A stretch of 64,000 nt of DNA from Octopus vulgaris (taxonomy: Eukaryota): the NCBI GenBank assembly GCA_951406725.2, contig OX597826.1, positions 46,190,001-46,254,000 on the forward strand, written 5' to 3'. Below the pieces are notes generated by a model. It was not told the origin of the DNA, did not search any database, and worked only from the letters and a program-made list of their open reading frames with translations. Positions 12,225 through 25,262 of this stretch are shown here, piece by piece (the first letter of the stretch is position 1; each line of letters begins with the position of its first letter). The translations under genes and the position numbers were made by a program.

Positions 12225-12454
12225 ATTTCTTTACTGTCCACAAGGGGCTACACAGAGAGGGGACAAACAAGGACAGACAAACAAATTAAGTCGATTATAT
12301 CGACCCCAGTGCATAACTAGTACTTATTTAATTGACCCCAAAAGGATGAAGGCCAAAGTTGACCTCGGCAGAATTTTAACTCAGAACATAGTGGCAGACA
12401 AAATACCGCTAAGCATTTCGCCCGGCGTGCTAACGTTTCTGCCAGCTCGCCGCC
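12225..12454 (-). mobile_element. SINE family B (Nin/Deu-domain-like)
   Basis: Minus GGCGGCGAGCTGGCAGAAACGTTAGCACGCCGGGCGAAATG...GTCAACTTTGGCCTTCATCCTTTTGGGGTCAATTAAATAAGTAC. Confidence 0.8.
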
Positions 12455-12498
12455 CTGTAAAAAAGTAAATCATGTAGAAAAAGAAGTATTACAACCTA

Positions 12499-12909
12499 TA
12501 GGTGCAGGTGTAGCTGCATGGCAAGAATCTTGCTTCCAACCACATGGTTCCAGGTTCAGTCCCACAGCATGGTACCTTAGACAAGTGTCTTCTACTATAA
12601 CCACGGGCCAACCAAAACATTATGGTGAATTTGGTGGATGCAAGTTCTCATCGTGTGTGTACATGTGTGTGAAAGAGCTTGTGTCTCCTAACAGAGAGGA
12701 AGGAATATGTTTGTGTGTGTGTTTTTGTGTCTGTTTGTCCCCCACCACTGCCTGACAACCATTGTTAGTGGGTTTACATCCCTGTAGCTTAACAGTTCAG
12801 CAAAAGAGAACCAATAAAATAAGTACTAAGCTTCAAAAAAATAATGACTAAAAATTTTATAAAGTGGTGCACCAGCATGGTCACAGACTTTGAGTGAAAG
12901 AAATAAGAG
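12499..12909 (+). mobile_element. SINE family A, diverged
   Basis: Colinear with 8417-8810. Confidence 0.75.
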
Positions 12910-13165
12910 ATAGTACAGGAATAAGAGAAGCACAGTATTTAAATGAGGTACTCGGCAGAAGTTCGAGAAAAACTCACTTGATGCTGGCAAAAATTGATAT
13001 GAAGACAACTGGGTGCTTGGCTTATAAATGAAACAAGAATGGCAGAGGAAGTGGGGGTTGACTAAGTAGATGTAACCTAATAGTGAGAAGGTAATTTATT
13101 GAAATGTTTAGAATCTAAATGGAAATGAATATATATTAATTGGAGATGTAATCTATCTAACACTA

Positions 13166-13598
13166 TGGTGGTGAGCTGGCAGAAACGTTAGCATGCCAGA
13201 CGAAATGCTAAATGATATTTCATCTGCTGTTACGTTCTGAGTTCAAATTCTGCCGAGGTCAACTTTGCCTTTCATCCTTTCGAGGTTGATTAAATAAGTA
13301 CCAGTTATGCACTGGGGTCTATATAGTCAACTTAATCCCTTTGTCTGTCCTTGTTTGTCATAGTCCCTTGAGAGCAGTAAAGAAATAAGAAATGTTAGCA
13401 TGCCAGGCGAAATGCTAAGCAGTATTTCGTCTGCTGTTATGTTCTGAGTTCAAATTCCACCTTGCATTTCCTCCTTTCAGGGTCAATTAAATAAGCACCA
13501 ATTACACACTGGAGGGTCGATGTAATTGACTTAATCCCTTTGTCTGTCCTCATTTGTCCCCTCTGTGTTTACCCCACTGTGGGCAATAAAGAAATAAA
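13166..13598 (+). mobile_element. Two tandem SINE family B copies
   Basis: AGAAACGTTAGCATGCCAG...TTCTGAGTTCAAATTC occurs twice, both ending GCA(G/A)TAAAGAAATAA. Confidence 0.8.
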
Positions 13599-13697
13599 TG
13601 ATGCAGTGTGGCACTTTGTCAATGACTCTTCTAAGGTGGAGTTATTTCAGTTTCTCAGCTCAAGTCACACATGTAAAACAAAAACAACTCTAAAAAA

Positions 13698-13745
<48 letters not shown>

Positions 13746-14275
13746 CAAATGTGAGGATAAAATTCTTTTCGAAAAAAATATTTTCTCGAAAAAATTTTAT
13801 CAATGGCCAACATATTAAAAAATACCTTTAACGGTTAAATTTATAAACAATTCATAAATGAGGGCAAAGGAAAAAATTTCTAATGCCAAATATGCCGAAA
13901 AATTGGACATATTGTCCATTAGCCATATAATATTTTCACAATACTACTCGAAAAAAGGTCAACAGAAATTTCTAACAAATTCCATTATTACCATATCAGA
14001 CTGATTTCAGAGTTAGCTACTAAGAGCCCTCTCTTCGTCAGTGATACATGTGGTAAAAGAAATAAATGAGATACTTACTCATACCCACGGAAGAAGCAAA
14101 TACTAAGTCGTGGGCACAACTAAGTACCCCAAATACATCCAAAATAGAAATACTCCGGCCCATTCGAGTAGCGTGCGTATTGTGAAAATATTATATGGTT
14201 AATGGACAATATGTCCAATTTTTCGGCATATTTGGCATTAGAAATTTTTTCCTTTGCCCTCATTTATGAATTGAT
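13746..14275. mobile_element. (TA)n-embedded Penelope-like non-autonomous element with inverted arms (13848-13952 and 14163-14273)
   Basis: About 100-bp near-perfect inverted repeat enclosing a hammerhead-like motif. Confidence 0.65.
13994..14046 (-). ncRNA. Type I hammerhead ribozyme, decayed stem III
   Basis: Minus: TATCA-CTGACGA-AGAG..CTCT-GAAA-TCAG-TC-TGATA. Stems I and II pair; stem III resembles a mutated CCGG palindrome. Confidence 0.6.
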
Positions 14276-14796
14276 TATATATATACATATATATATATAT
14301 ATACATATATATATGTATGCATATATATTAGAGGAAAGGACAAAAAACAAGGTGAATCCACCTTGCTCTAATTAAATTATGACTTTAGATACGTGTCCTG
14401 CCTTGGATTTTATTGACCTTTTCCTCTAATATATACATGCTAGCATGGAAGCCTAATACGCGTCCCTAGCTCCAGCCTCATCTGTGAACTTGGAACCTAA
14501 CAAATGACTCAGCGTACTTATTCGTTTAGATCACCAGTGAACTAAACTCCTCATATTCTTTATATATGCACGCACACACACACATGTGTATGACAGGCAT
14601 CCACACAATTTCTGTCTACCAAATTCACTCACACAGCACTGATTGGCCTGGGGCTATAGCAAGGTGCTGTGCAATGGGGCTGAGCCCAAAACCATGTGCT
14701 CGAAAAGCAAACTTCTTAACCACACAACCATGATTGGTTGGTTAATTGATTAATTGATGGATGGATATACACACATATATATATACATATTCTTTT

Positions 14797-15188
14797 CTTC
14801 TTTTACTTGTTTCAGTCATTTGACTGCAGCCATGCTGGAGCACTGCCTCTAGTTGAGAATATCAACCCCAGGACTTATTCTTTGTAAGCCTAGTACTTAT
14901 TTCGATCTCTTTTGCTGAACTGCTCAGTTATGGGGACGTAAACACACCAACATCAATTGTCATCAAGTGATGGTGGGGGTGACTAACACTGACATACAAG
15001 ATACACACACACACACACCCACACAATAGGCTTCTTTCAGTTTCTGTCTACCAAATCCATTCACGAAGCGTTGGTTAGCCCCAGGTTATAGCAGAAGACA
15101 TTTGCCCATGGTGTCACCGAATAGGACTGATCCTAGAACCATGTGGTTGGGAAGCAAGCTTCTTACCACACAGTCACTTCTGCACCTA
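14797..15188 (-). mobile_element. SINE family A
   Basis: Reverse complement of the 8417 copy. Confidence 0.8.
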
Positions 15189-16651
15189 TCCATGGATCAA
15201 ATAAATGGGTTCTAATTTAGGTTCAAGGCCAGAAATTTTAAAAGTTACAGCATAATAGTGGACACCATCAACCAAATGCTTTGACTGGTAATTCCCTTTA
15301 ATGACCTTGGAGTGATGAAACCTAAAGGTAGTCTTAGTAGTATTTGAACCCAGAATGAACAACAAAAAAAGAAAAGAAAAAAAAACAGGAAGAAATAACA
15401 GAAGGCAAATACTTTGATGATTCAGCTAGCTTGATATATTATGAATCTAACAATGTTGATTTTTGTAGAAGCAATCAAAGTAGAAATTTTTTGCCTAAAT
15501 ATTGAAATTCTGAACCCTGGTTAAATTTTTGCATACGATGACTGTTTGGTGCGTTTCTGATGGCAGCAATGAAACTATGTATTCTGGATGTCAGCCGTTC
15601 TGTAGTTAACAGAACAACAAACCAATCATAGTAGGACAGATAGCATTTACAGGGGTGGATACAGACTGAGTTAAGCACTGAACTTCTAAGATGTTTGAAT
15701 TTGTATTGTATCTATCTACCTGGAGGGAATTAACTGGGAGTGGTCAACAATACCTGAAACAACAACATCAACAACATAAACATGCATACACAACTACAGC
15801 ATAAACAAGAACATAAACAACACCTACAACAGCAACAACAGCCGTTCAAGAATTTGGACCTGGAGATCTCCATTTCCAGCGACTTCGAGGGCCACCTCCC
15901 AGTTGTGTCGGGCGTCAATGAAGAGCCTTCGACTACAACAAGACGACCAAAATTTTTTTTTTTCCCCAAGGTCTGGGGTCTCCCGACCCCTAAGCCCTAG
16001 GTCATCACCTAATCACCCTTACCCGTCTTGTTGCTTAACAACAACATTAAACAGCAACAACAACATGAATAACGTCTTCAACAATTCAGCGAAACGTTGA
16101 CTTGATTGACAAAACGCTAGCGCTTAAGATATGGTGATTAAATACTGGTACAATAACACACAGATTAAACATCTAGCCAGTATTATATTAATATTAGTGG
16201 AGTTAATACACAGCTAATTAGCATGAAGTAAACGAGTAAACAATATCATTCGTCGGCACAAAAGCAGACATAAAACAACATTAAAACAACATTCTTATCC
16301 CTCACTTAGTCAGCAAAACGTCTCTACAATAATTATAAATTGACAACATGATACCATACATATTGGTGGAGAAAGTCAGCAGGAATTATATGTAATGACT
16401 AAAATTGAGGTTTTACTTTCTTTGAGTTTTGGCTTTTTTTTAATATTTTAATCTAGATTAATGTTGGTCTTGTTGTTGATGGTGTTGTTGGAATGAATCT
16501 GATTTCATTAGAACACAGAGAGGAATATTGTTGCACAAAAAGTATCAAATATATATGTATATAAATCCCTTTTTCACATAAGTGGTAAGAAAGGTAATCT
16601 TCAGAAACTGGATAAGGAAGAAAGTGCATGTGTTTGTCTGCATGGGTACAT

Positions 16652-16754
<103 letters not shown>

Positions 16755-16814
16755 CATATATATATATAGGGGTTCAGTGGTATAAACAGGAAAACAGAAC
16801 TGAAAACGTGAGAG

Positions 16815-16850
<36 letters not shown>

Positions 16851-17160
16851 GATATATACACACACAAACACATATAAACATACATATATAAACATATATA
16901 CAGATACATGCACACACACATATATATATAGATATTGATATTTAAAACAAATCCTGTCCCACCCATGCAAGCACACAAGACTGAATGTTAAATGATGATG
17001 ATATGTGTGATTGTGTGTATAAAATTGAAGAAACTGGAGTCAACAGAAAGGAATATGGTTGATCAGTTATTTTTAATCACTACAAGTGTTTCCACATACA
17101 GCACAGGGATGGGGGTGAGCTTTATACCATACCCTACCAAGTTCCTAATAGAATATAACA

Positions 17161-17208
<48 letters not shown>

Positions 17209-17290
17209 TACATACATGTATATATGCATATATGTATATATAAATATATGTTTGTGTGTGGATGGATATATATATATATATATATATATA

Positions 17291-17486
17291 GTTAATCCAA
17301 ACATGAAAACACAACAACGCGAGGACGTGGAACAAATATAGTATTATTGGACGCTCAGGAAAGAAGGAGGGTTTAACGTTTCGAGTGGAGCTGTTCGTCG
17401 GAAACATACGAGAAGGAAAAATCCAGAGAAGGCAAGACAAAGGAAAAAAAATTCCCAACGGTACACACGCGGTCACATTTTGAATG
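17291..17486 (-). mobile_element. (TA)n-embedded short element with a variant minimal hammerhead (17371-17405)
   Basis: Minus GTTT-CCGACGA-A-CAGCTCCACTC-GAAA-CG-TT-AAAC; flanked by (TA)n; downstream TTCCTGAGCGT resembles TTCCTGGGCGT at about 28196. Confidence 0.5.
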
Positions 17487-17816
17487 ATATATATATATAT
17501 ATATATGTTTATATGTAAGTATCTATGTATACATATTAATAATTTTATGTTCAATTATAATAAAGACAATTTTACATTAATCTGATAGATTAGTATATAC
17601 TTTTGTAGAGTAAAAATTTATTATTCGTAAACAGGAATGTGGTTGACAGTCACTTTGAAGTTTCGGCCAGCAACAATGGTGTTTAGCCGGCCAAAATCTC
17701 AGTAACTGTCAACAACACTTGGATGAGCATGCGTGTATGTATACGTGTGTATGAGTGTATATATATATATATATATAAGCGAAATTGAACACACATACAC
17801 ATGTTGTGTGTTGTTA

Positions 17817-18121
17817 GTTCATGTATCAGTTGCAGCTTTTAGGTATAAGAGAAAATATTGTCTATGCGCCTAGTGTAAAGAACACCTGAAAAGAAGACTG
17901 TGACTTATTTTCAGTTGTTTTTCACACCAGGTGCATAGAGAATATATTTTCTTACAGAAATAAATATATTTCTAAATTTATTTAGCCCTAGGAAACAGTG
18001 TTTCCTAGGGCTAAAAAACAGTAGCATTCTTCCCTTTCATGGGACTGTCACATTAAGTTGTCAACATACTATAACTTTATGTTTTCTTATGCCTAAAAAA
18101 AACTACAGCCGATTCATGAAC
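17817..18121. mobile_element. Foldback/MITE-like element with nested inverted repeats
   Basis: Outer IR GTTCATGTATCAGTTGCAG..TTTTAGGTATAAGA / TCTTATGCCTAAAA..CTACAGCCGATTCATGAAC; inner IR about 17847-17954; perfect 17-bp-arm palindrome at 17981-18015. Confidence 0.6.
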
Positions 18122-20894
18122 ATACATACCTTGTGTATGAGTGTTTGATACTGTTTACATACCTCGAGCCACTTCTACATCATATATGAATAAATATATA
18201 TTTATATACACACACACACACACACACACACATACATGATATACATATATATCTACATGCATATACGCATACATACACACAAACACACACACACAAAAAA
18301 CCCTGAAAAGTAACTGAAGATTGTTGACAAAATTTGCCTGGGACAGCAGTTTCAGCTACAATTGCACATGTCAATTTTAAGAATTACCACATAGAAACCC
18401 ATTCCATCATTCTACAAATGACACAGGGTTCAGAATTTTAGCTATTAAGCAAGTATTGAGTTCATTAAGTTGTTTTGCCAGCTGCATCTCTCAGCTACTA
18501 TCTAAGTGGAACCATGTCTGTTGAGGAAGGCTGCAAGTTGCTTTTTCTCTGCACAGATATGTTTAGAAATCGCCAATGAAAACATAAACACTAAATATTT
18601 TTTGCCTTACAATAATAATATATAGTGTTGGGAAGTTATGAGTCAACCTCAACAGTAAATGAAAATGAAATAATCATTGCTAAGTCTGGTTGACATTTAG
18701 GAAATTGTTAAAAATTGTCATTATGCTAAACTTGAGAGAGAAATTTAAGCTCGTTATTCTATCTGGAGATGGTATCAATTAGCAGTCAAATTTCAACTGC
18801 ATTTAAAATTGTATTAATTTCTTTATTCTGTATGATTGTTTTGTTTTTTTTTTTTTGTTTCGTATTCTTATCTTCTTGAAGACTGAAGCTTTCCTAAGCT
18901 CTCAACTACCAGAGCAATGGAAAGACAACAATAATGACAAAAAGAAAGAAAAAATATAGAGGGAATATTTGATGAGCAAAAATGAAAAAGAAATTTTTTT
19001 TTTAAATAAAAAATGGAAATTGTCAATAAATTATTGATAATGCTGAAATTGAAGCCAAGAATCCTATACTAATCTCAAGATGCGAGCATATAAGGAAGAC
19101 TTTGTTCAAAGTTAAATAACCAGTGGCCGAGACGAAGGAAAGAAAATGGTTTAACTGTTGACTGTTCCACAAAGAATAAATAACAGAATTCTCTGTCTGA
19201 ATTATTAAGTGTCTTCTTTGTGTACCAAAAGAAAATAAAAACAAACAAAATAAATAACAGAAGGCATTTTGCAAGGATTTACATTTAAAAATGTCAATAT
19301 GTGAACCATGCATGATTTTATGGTAACTGGCATCTACTACAAGACATCGCATTCATCATGCATTTAAAATTTTTTTTATAATGATTCAAATAAACAGAAA
19401 AAATAATGTAAAAATACCTAGAATTATTAAACTTTTCTTAATTTCAACAGAATATCAAATAAAGCTTTTACAAAGAGAAGAAGCATGCTAAAGTTTCTCC
19501 CCCACCATACCCACCCCCCCCCACCTGCCATTCCTGCCTTCTACGAAAGCATTTTTAAAGATATAGGAAATAATATAAAAGATAATATTGGAATAATATC
19601 TGCTGCCAATATTTGTTCAATATAAACACTAGTTATTAATAGATGTGAACTGAACAATAAAGAAGTGTAAATATATGTAGTGTGTGCAGAGAGCGATATA
19701 ACGAGGGGAGCCGGGCACAAGAGAATGTGTAAATTTAATTGCAGCGAAATTGTAAGTTATGACAGTATGTAATCATTTTCATTATTGCACCACAGCATCA
19801 AGGTAAGAATATGAAATCATTTTCTTTTTGTTTTTCTTTCTTTGCTTTTCTCTTTTTTTTCTTTCACTTGTTTTTTTTCTTTTCTTCGTAATAATCAAAA
19901 TATGAAAATATGCAGAACTCTGAAAAGCTGTAACAAATATACTTCAGATATCTTTTGTGTAAATATCAACTTCTATTTGACAAAACACAAAGCCGACATT
20001 TTACGTTTTATTTTCGCAATTTAAAAAGGGGGAGGGGTAGAGGAGAAGTCTTGTAGCTAGATGACTTGGAAGCGTGATTATATTGTCCTGGGTGAGATTT
20101 GAACCAAGGAAATATTTGGCACAAAGCTAAACCCTTCAACTACTTATAATGACACCCCAAGCAGCCTATCTTATATAAAACATATTTCTATTTGATTTCA
20201 TGACATTGTAGGTTAACAGAATTGGTAAGGTACTAGGTTTTACACTAGTTTACTTCAACTCTCTTATGTTCTGAGTTCAAATACAGCCAGAGTTGACCTT
20301 TCTTTAAATTCCATTAGTTTCTGACCAAGAAATTAGGCATTCACAATAACGGACAATGATCTCATGAAATATAACTCCTTACCTTAAAACTAACCCAGTA
20401 CCTAGTTGAATTAGATCAATTCTAAAGACCCCTGGATTTTGCAAGATAACAGCACCCCCCACACACACACACACACATGTATACATGCCATCATCATCAT
20501 CATTTAATGTGTATTCTTCTATACCTTTATGTGTTTCAGTCATTTGACAGTAGTCAAGCTGGAACACCACCTTGAAAGGTTTTAGACAAACAAATCAACC
20601 CTAGGACTTCTGAGGTTATAGCAGATGAAACTTTCCCAAGATGCCATGCAGTGGGATTGAACCTAGAACCATGTAGTTGGGAAGCAAGCTTCTTACCACA
20701 CAGCCACACCTGTATCTAAGAATATTTAACCCCAGGAGGTTGCACCCTCCTGCTGGTTATTCAATGCAATCTGCACCTGATATATATCACAAGTAGGGGA
20801 GTGAACTCCTACCATCTTCTAGCCACAAGACCACCAAACTGTATGGCTTCGACCTCTTTGTGGTCATCTTTGGTTGTGGATACTTGTCTGCTAG

Positions 20895-20941
<47 letters not shown>

Positions 20942-21267
20942 GTGTGTGTATATATATACTTCAATAAGTAAACAGATGGATGGACAGAAAGAAAATCAAA
21001 AGTAAAAAAAAAATCATATATTTCAGATGTAGTTTGTGCTCAATAGCTGTTACAATGACATAAAATGCCATTATTAATATAATTACATAATTAATCAAAT
21101 TAAAAATGATGTGTTAGCCATATTGTCAAGATCTACTACTTTGTAATAACAAAGTTTAAATATCTGCAATCAGTTGAGCTCTTAATTATCAGAGATATAT
21201 TTTTTGATGTTTATACATCAATTATAAATACACACTCATACATACACACATAATAAATATAAATGCG

Positions 21268-21511
21268 ACCTTTTAAAGCCTAGCCAGGCTCATGGGCCTG
21301 GTTTCCCAATTTCAATGGCGTATGTGTTCCCCAGCTGGACAGGACGCCAGTTCATCGCAGCGTTACTCATTTTTGCCAGTTGAGTGGACTGGAGCAACAT
21401 GAAATGAAGTGTTTTGCTGAAGAACACAATGCGTCGCTCGTTCCAGGTATCGAAACCACAATCTTATGATCATGATGCTGACACCCTAACCACTAAGCCA
21501 CGTGCCTCCAC
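21268..21511 (-). mobile_element. tRNA-headed SINE family D, full length
   Basis: Minus GTGGAGGCACGTGGCTTAGTGGTTAGGGTG...GGTTTCGATACC; matches 6187-6418. Confidence 0.8.
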
Positions 21512-22019
21512 ACACACATACATATATATTATTCTTATACAAGAATGTTGTTGACTGCTAACAAAGGCTTAGCAGGCTGAAACTTTGAAGTCACTGCCAA
21601 CAATATTTTTTGAATACGAATAATAAATTTGTGCTCTACAAGGCCATGTAAGTGGATTTGGCAGAAGGAAACTGAAAGAAGCCTGCCGGGTGTATGTATA
21701 CATAGATATACATACATATATACATACATACATACATACAGCATATATATATTCTTTTCCCCAATTTTTGTCCCACATTAAATAGTGGCACAGAATCATC
21801 ATGAAAATATTCTACAGAATAAAGAATTCAAGGTATTGAAATTCTTGGCAAGCACTGTTACATATCAAAAAATGTGATTTCATTCCACTTTGTTTAGACA
21901 CTTACATATCCATATTCATAATGATAATAAATCATTTGATACAAAAATAATTTTACATCTCCTAAAATGTAATTGAAAGAGAAAATATAAACAAATAAAG
22001 AATGGCAATACTAGTATTA

Positions 22020-22020
22020 C

Positions 22021-22093
<73 letters not shown>

Positions 22094-22265
22094 CATATAT
22101 TTAGATATATTATATGTGTGTGTGTGTATATATATACGTATATATCTATCTATCTATATAAATATATATATAGAGATAGATAGACAGATATAAACATATA
22201 TTTAGATATATTATATGTGTGTGTGTATATATATATGTATATATCTATCTATCTATCTATCTATC

Positions 22266-22299
<34 letters not shown>

Positions 22300-22395
22300 T
22301 AGATAGATAGATAGATAGACAGATAGATATAAACATATATTTAGATATATTATGTGTGTGTAAATATATATATGTATGTATGTATGTATGTATAT
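22020..22395. repeat. Higher-order tandem of microsatellite mosaic, about 3 units
   Basis: AAACATATATTTAGATATATTAT recurs three times among (TG)n, (TA)n and (GATA)n. Confidence 0.8.
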
Positions 22396-23236
22396 AAAAT
22401 GTTTATGTATGTATAATGAAGTAATCTTTTATTTGAAATTTAAGACAAATAGAAATAAAAGGAAGAAATAAAAGCACTGTTAAACTGCTGACATAAATAA
22501 AATGAAAATGACAAAAAGTGGCAAAAAGCAGTAAAAAAAAAAAAGAAAGGAAAAATTGTTGATAGCAAAGTAATGATGAAAGAAAAGAAATGGTAAGTAC
22601 AAATATAATAAGTGAGTTCTTGTTAGAGAATGGATAATGATGGCTTAAAATGTAAGGGGAAAAAAACACAAGAGAGAGAGAGAGCAATATTTCTTAAAAA
22701 AATCAAAAAAATGAAAATTCGAAAAAAAAAAAAATAATAATGCAGAAAAAAAAAAAAAAACAACAAAACCATAAAATAAAAGAAAAGAAATTATAATTCT
22801 TTCTCCCTAAAGCAATGTACAAGTGGGGAACTATGTGCTGATGAAACATCATTTCCTTTGTGAAACTTTCTAACTCAATCTTCTTTCTTCGATATCGAAA
22901 ATTCCACGGAGCTCGGAGCTCGTGGGCTAATGAGATCAGTGAAAGTTTACAACTTATTTCAACATACAACAACAATAACAACAACAACAACAACAACAGT
23001 TCTTAAGCATTTTCGTTCCAAGTCAAATCATTTTCTTTTGTTTTCTTTTTTGCTTTCCTCACCACTTTACTTCTCTATCTTCACCACGATAATCATGATC
23101 AACTTCATTATTATTATTATTGCTATTATGATTATCATTATTATTATTATTATTACTATTATTGTTATTATTATAAGCAGTAGTATTTGTGTCTTGTTGT
23201 TTCTCTTGTTATAATTATTATTACTATTATTATTGT

Positions 23237-23371
23237 GGCCGATGCCGGACCCCACCTGGCACCAGCTGTAGAAACTCTGCCAGATCAGACTGGAGCCTGG
23301 TGCAACCCCTGGCTTCCCAGACCCCGGTCGAACCGTCCAACCCGTGCTAGCGTGGAAAACGGACGTTAAAC

Positions 23372-23402
<31 letters not shown>
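23237..23402 (+). mobile_element. RTE-tailed short element (family E), 3' end
   Basis: CCAGCTGTAGAAAC...CCAACCCGTGCTAGCGTGGAAAACGGACGTTAAAC(GAT)n. Confidence 0.75.
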
Positions 23403-23410
23403 ATCATTAC

Positions 23411-23784
23411 TCTTTTACTTGTTTTAGTCATTTGACTGCGGCCATACTGGAGCATAACCTTTAGTCGATGAAATCGATCCCAGGACTTATTGTAAGCCTA
23501 GTACAGATTCTATCATTCTCTTTTGCTGAACCGCTAAGTTACGGGGACATAAACACACCAGCATCAGATGTCAAGCAATGTTGGTGGGGAAAAACACAAA
23601 CACATACATATACATATATACGATGGGCTTCTTTTAGTTTTCGTCAACCAAATCAACTCACAAGGCTTTGGTCGGCCCGTGGTTATAGTAGAAGACACTT
23701 GCCCAAGGTACCACACAGTGGGATTGAACTTGGAAACATGTGGATGGTAAGCAAGCTACTTACCACACAGCCACTCCTGCGCCT
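23411..23784 (-). mobile_element. SINE family A
   Basis: Reverse complement of the 8417 copy. Confidence 0.8.
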
Positions 23785-25074
23785 CATTATTGAATATTAT
23801 TATTGTTACTGTTGCTCTTCTTATCATCATCTGCATCATGATCATCATCATCTCCATTATCATTTTTACTGTCACCACCACCACCACCACCACCACCATT
23901 ATCATCATCATATATCTTAAGACCGTTTATTTGTTATTTTCCCCTAGATCATTTGTTGAATTCAGTGATTGCATCAACGGAAATGAACAATTCCTCCAAT
24001 TTAGTTATTCAGTCTTTAATTCACAGTTTAAATTCCATTATTTATTTGTTTTTGTCAAGTTTTAAGTTTATGAAAAGAAAAGAAAAAAAGATAACAAAAA
24101 CACAAACAAAAGATGTAAAATCCAAATATATAGATTATTATTTTCATTATATTTTTTACCCTGCTTTGCTTAAAAAATAGTAAAGTCACAGAAATTGTTT
24201 ACTGTCACCAAGGCAACAGGATATGCATAGATACACATTATCGCTCTGGGTAGTTTTATCTTTATTCCATATTGTTTTTGAGTATTTTGGGACTGAAATA
24301 AAGGCAGACTTAATAACACAACACACACAAACGCAGGGTGTTGCTGGGTGGATTTCAATATACAGATATTTTTTTTTCTTTTTTTTTTTTGCACACTAGA
24401 TTACATTTCTAACACATGCACACACACATACACACGCACACACAGATAATAACAAGGAAAAAAAAAAACTGACATGGAAGTCTTTTCAACAGGCTGCGAA
24501 CCAAACGGAAGATTGGTGAATAAGAAAAATTAAGAAGAAAAATGGACTACAAAATCGGGGATTATGAGCGAGAATTATTCAATCATAATTCATAACGTTT
24601 TCTGTCGTTTTTTTTTTATTTTTTGTCTGGGCCTCATTTAAAAAAAAAAAAAAAAAAAAAAACTATTTATTCTTCACTTTTTTTTTATGCTGAAGCTGGA
24701 AAACATGTTTCCTAATTCACATCTTTTACAATCAACCCTTAAATAGGACCATTGAAAATACATGAGACAAAATTCTCCTTTTCTCTCTGACCTGCTAGCA
24801 CTACATGCACACACATACACACACACACACATACACAAGTGTGTGTGGTGTTTTCACTTTCTGTAGAATATTAGTCTAAAAGATATTTTTTTAAAAACAG
24901 GGAAAAAAAAAACTATGTCAAGCACTATGACAAAATGGTAGACCAGAATCCAAAGTTGTTATATATGCAACAATATACAATGTTTATATATATATATATA
25001 CACACACACATACACACAAATATGCAAACACAAACACACATATATAGACAGACATACAAACAGATAGATATACT

Positions 25075-25108
<34 letters not shown>

Positions 25109-25231
25109 CTTAAGGTCAAGGATTAAGAAATTCCATTCATGCATATCTGAGATAACCATTACCGCATATCTGATGCAACATATTGATTTCTGCATTATTT
25201 CATCATCGTATATGTATGTGTGTGCACGTAT

Positions 25232-25262
<31 letters not shown>

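Noticed and set aside
22931-22952. TGAGATCAGTGAAAGTTTAC resembles a bantam-family miRNA seed
   Set aside because: The partner arm is over 50 nt away across a branched loop and pairs imperfectly; not a typical pre-miRNA hairpin.
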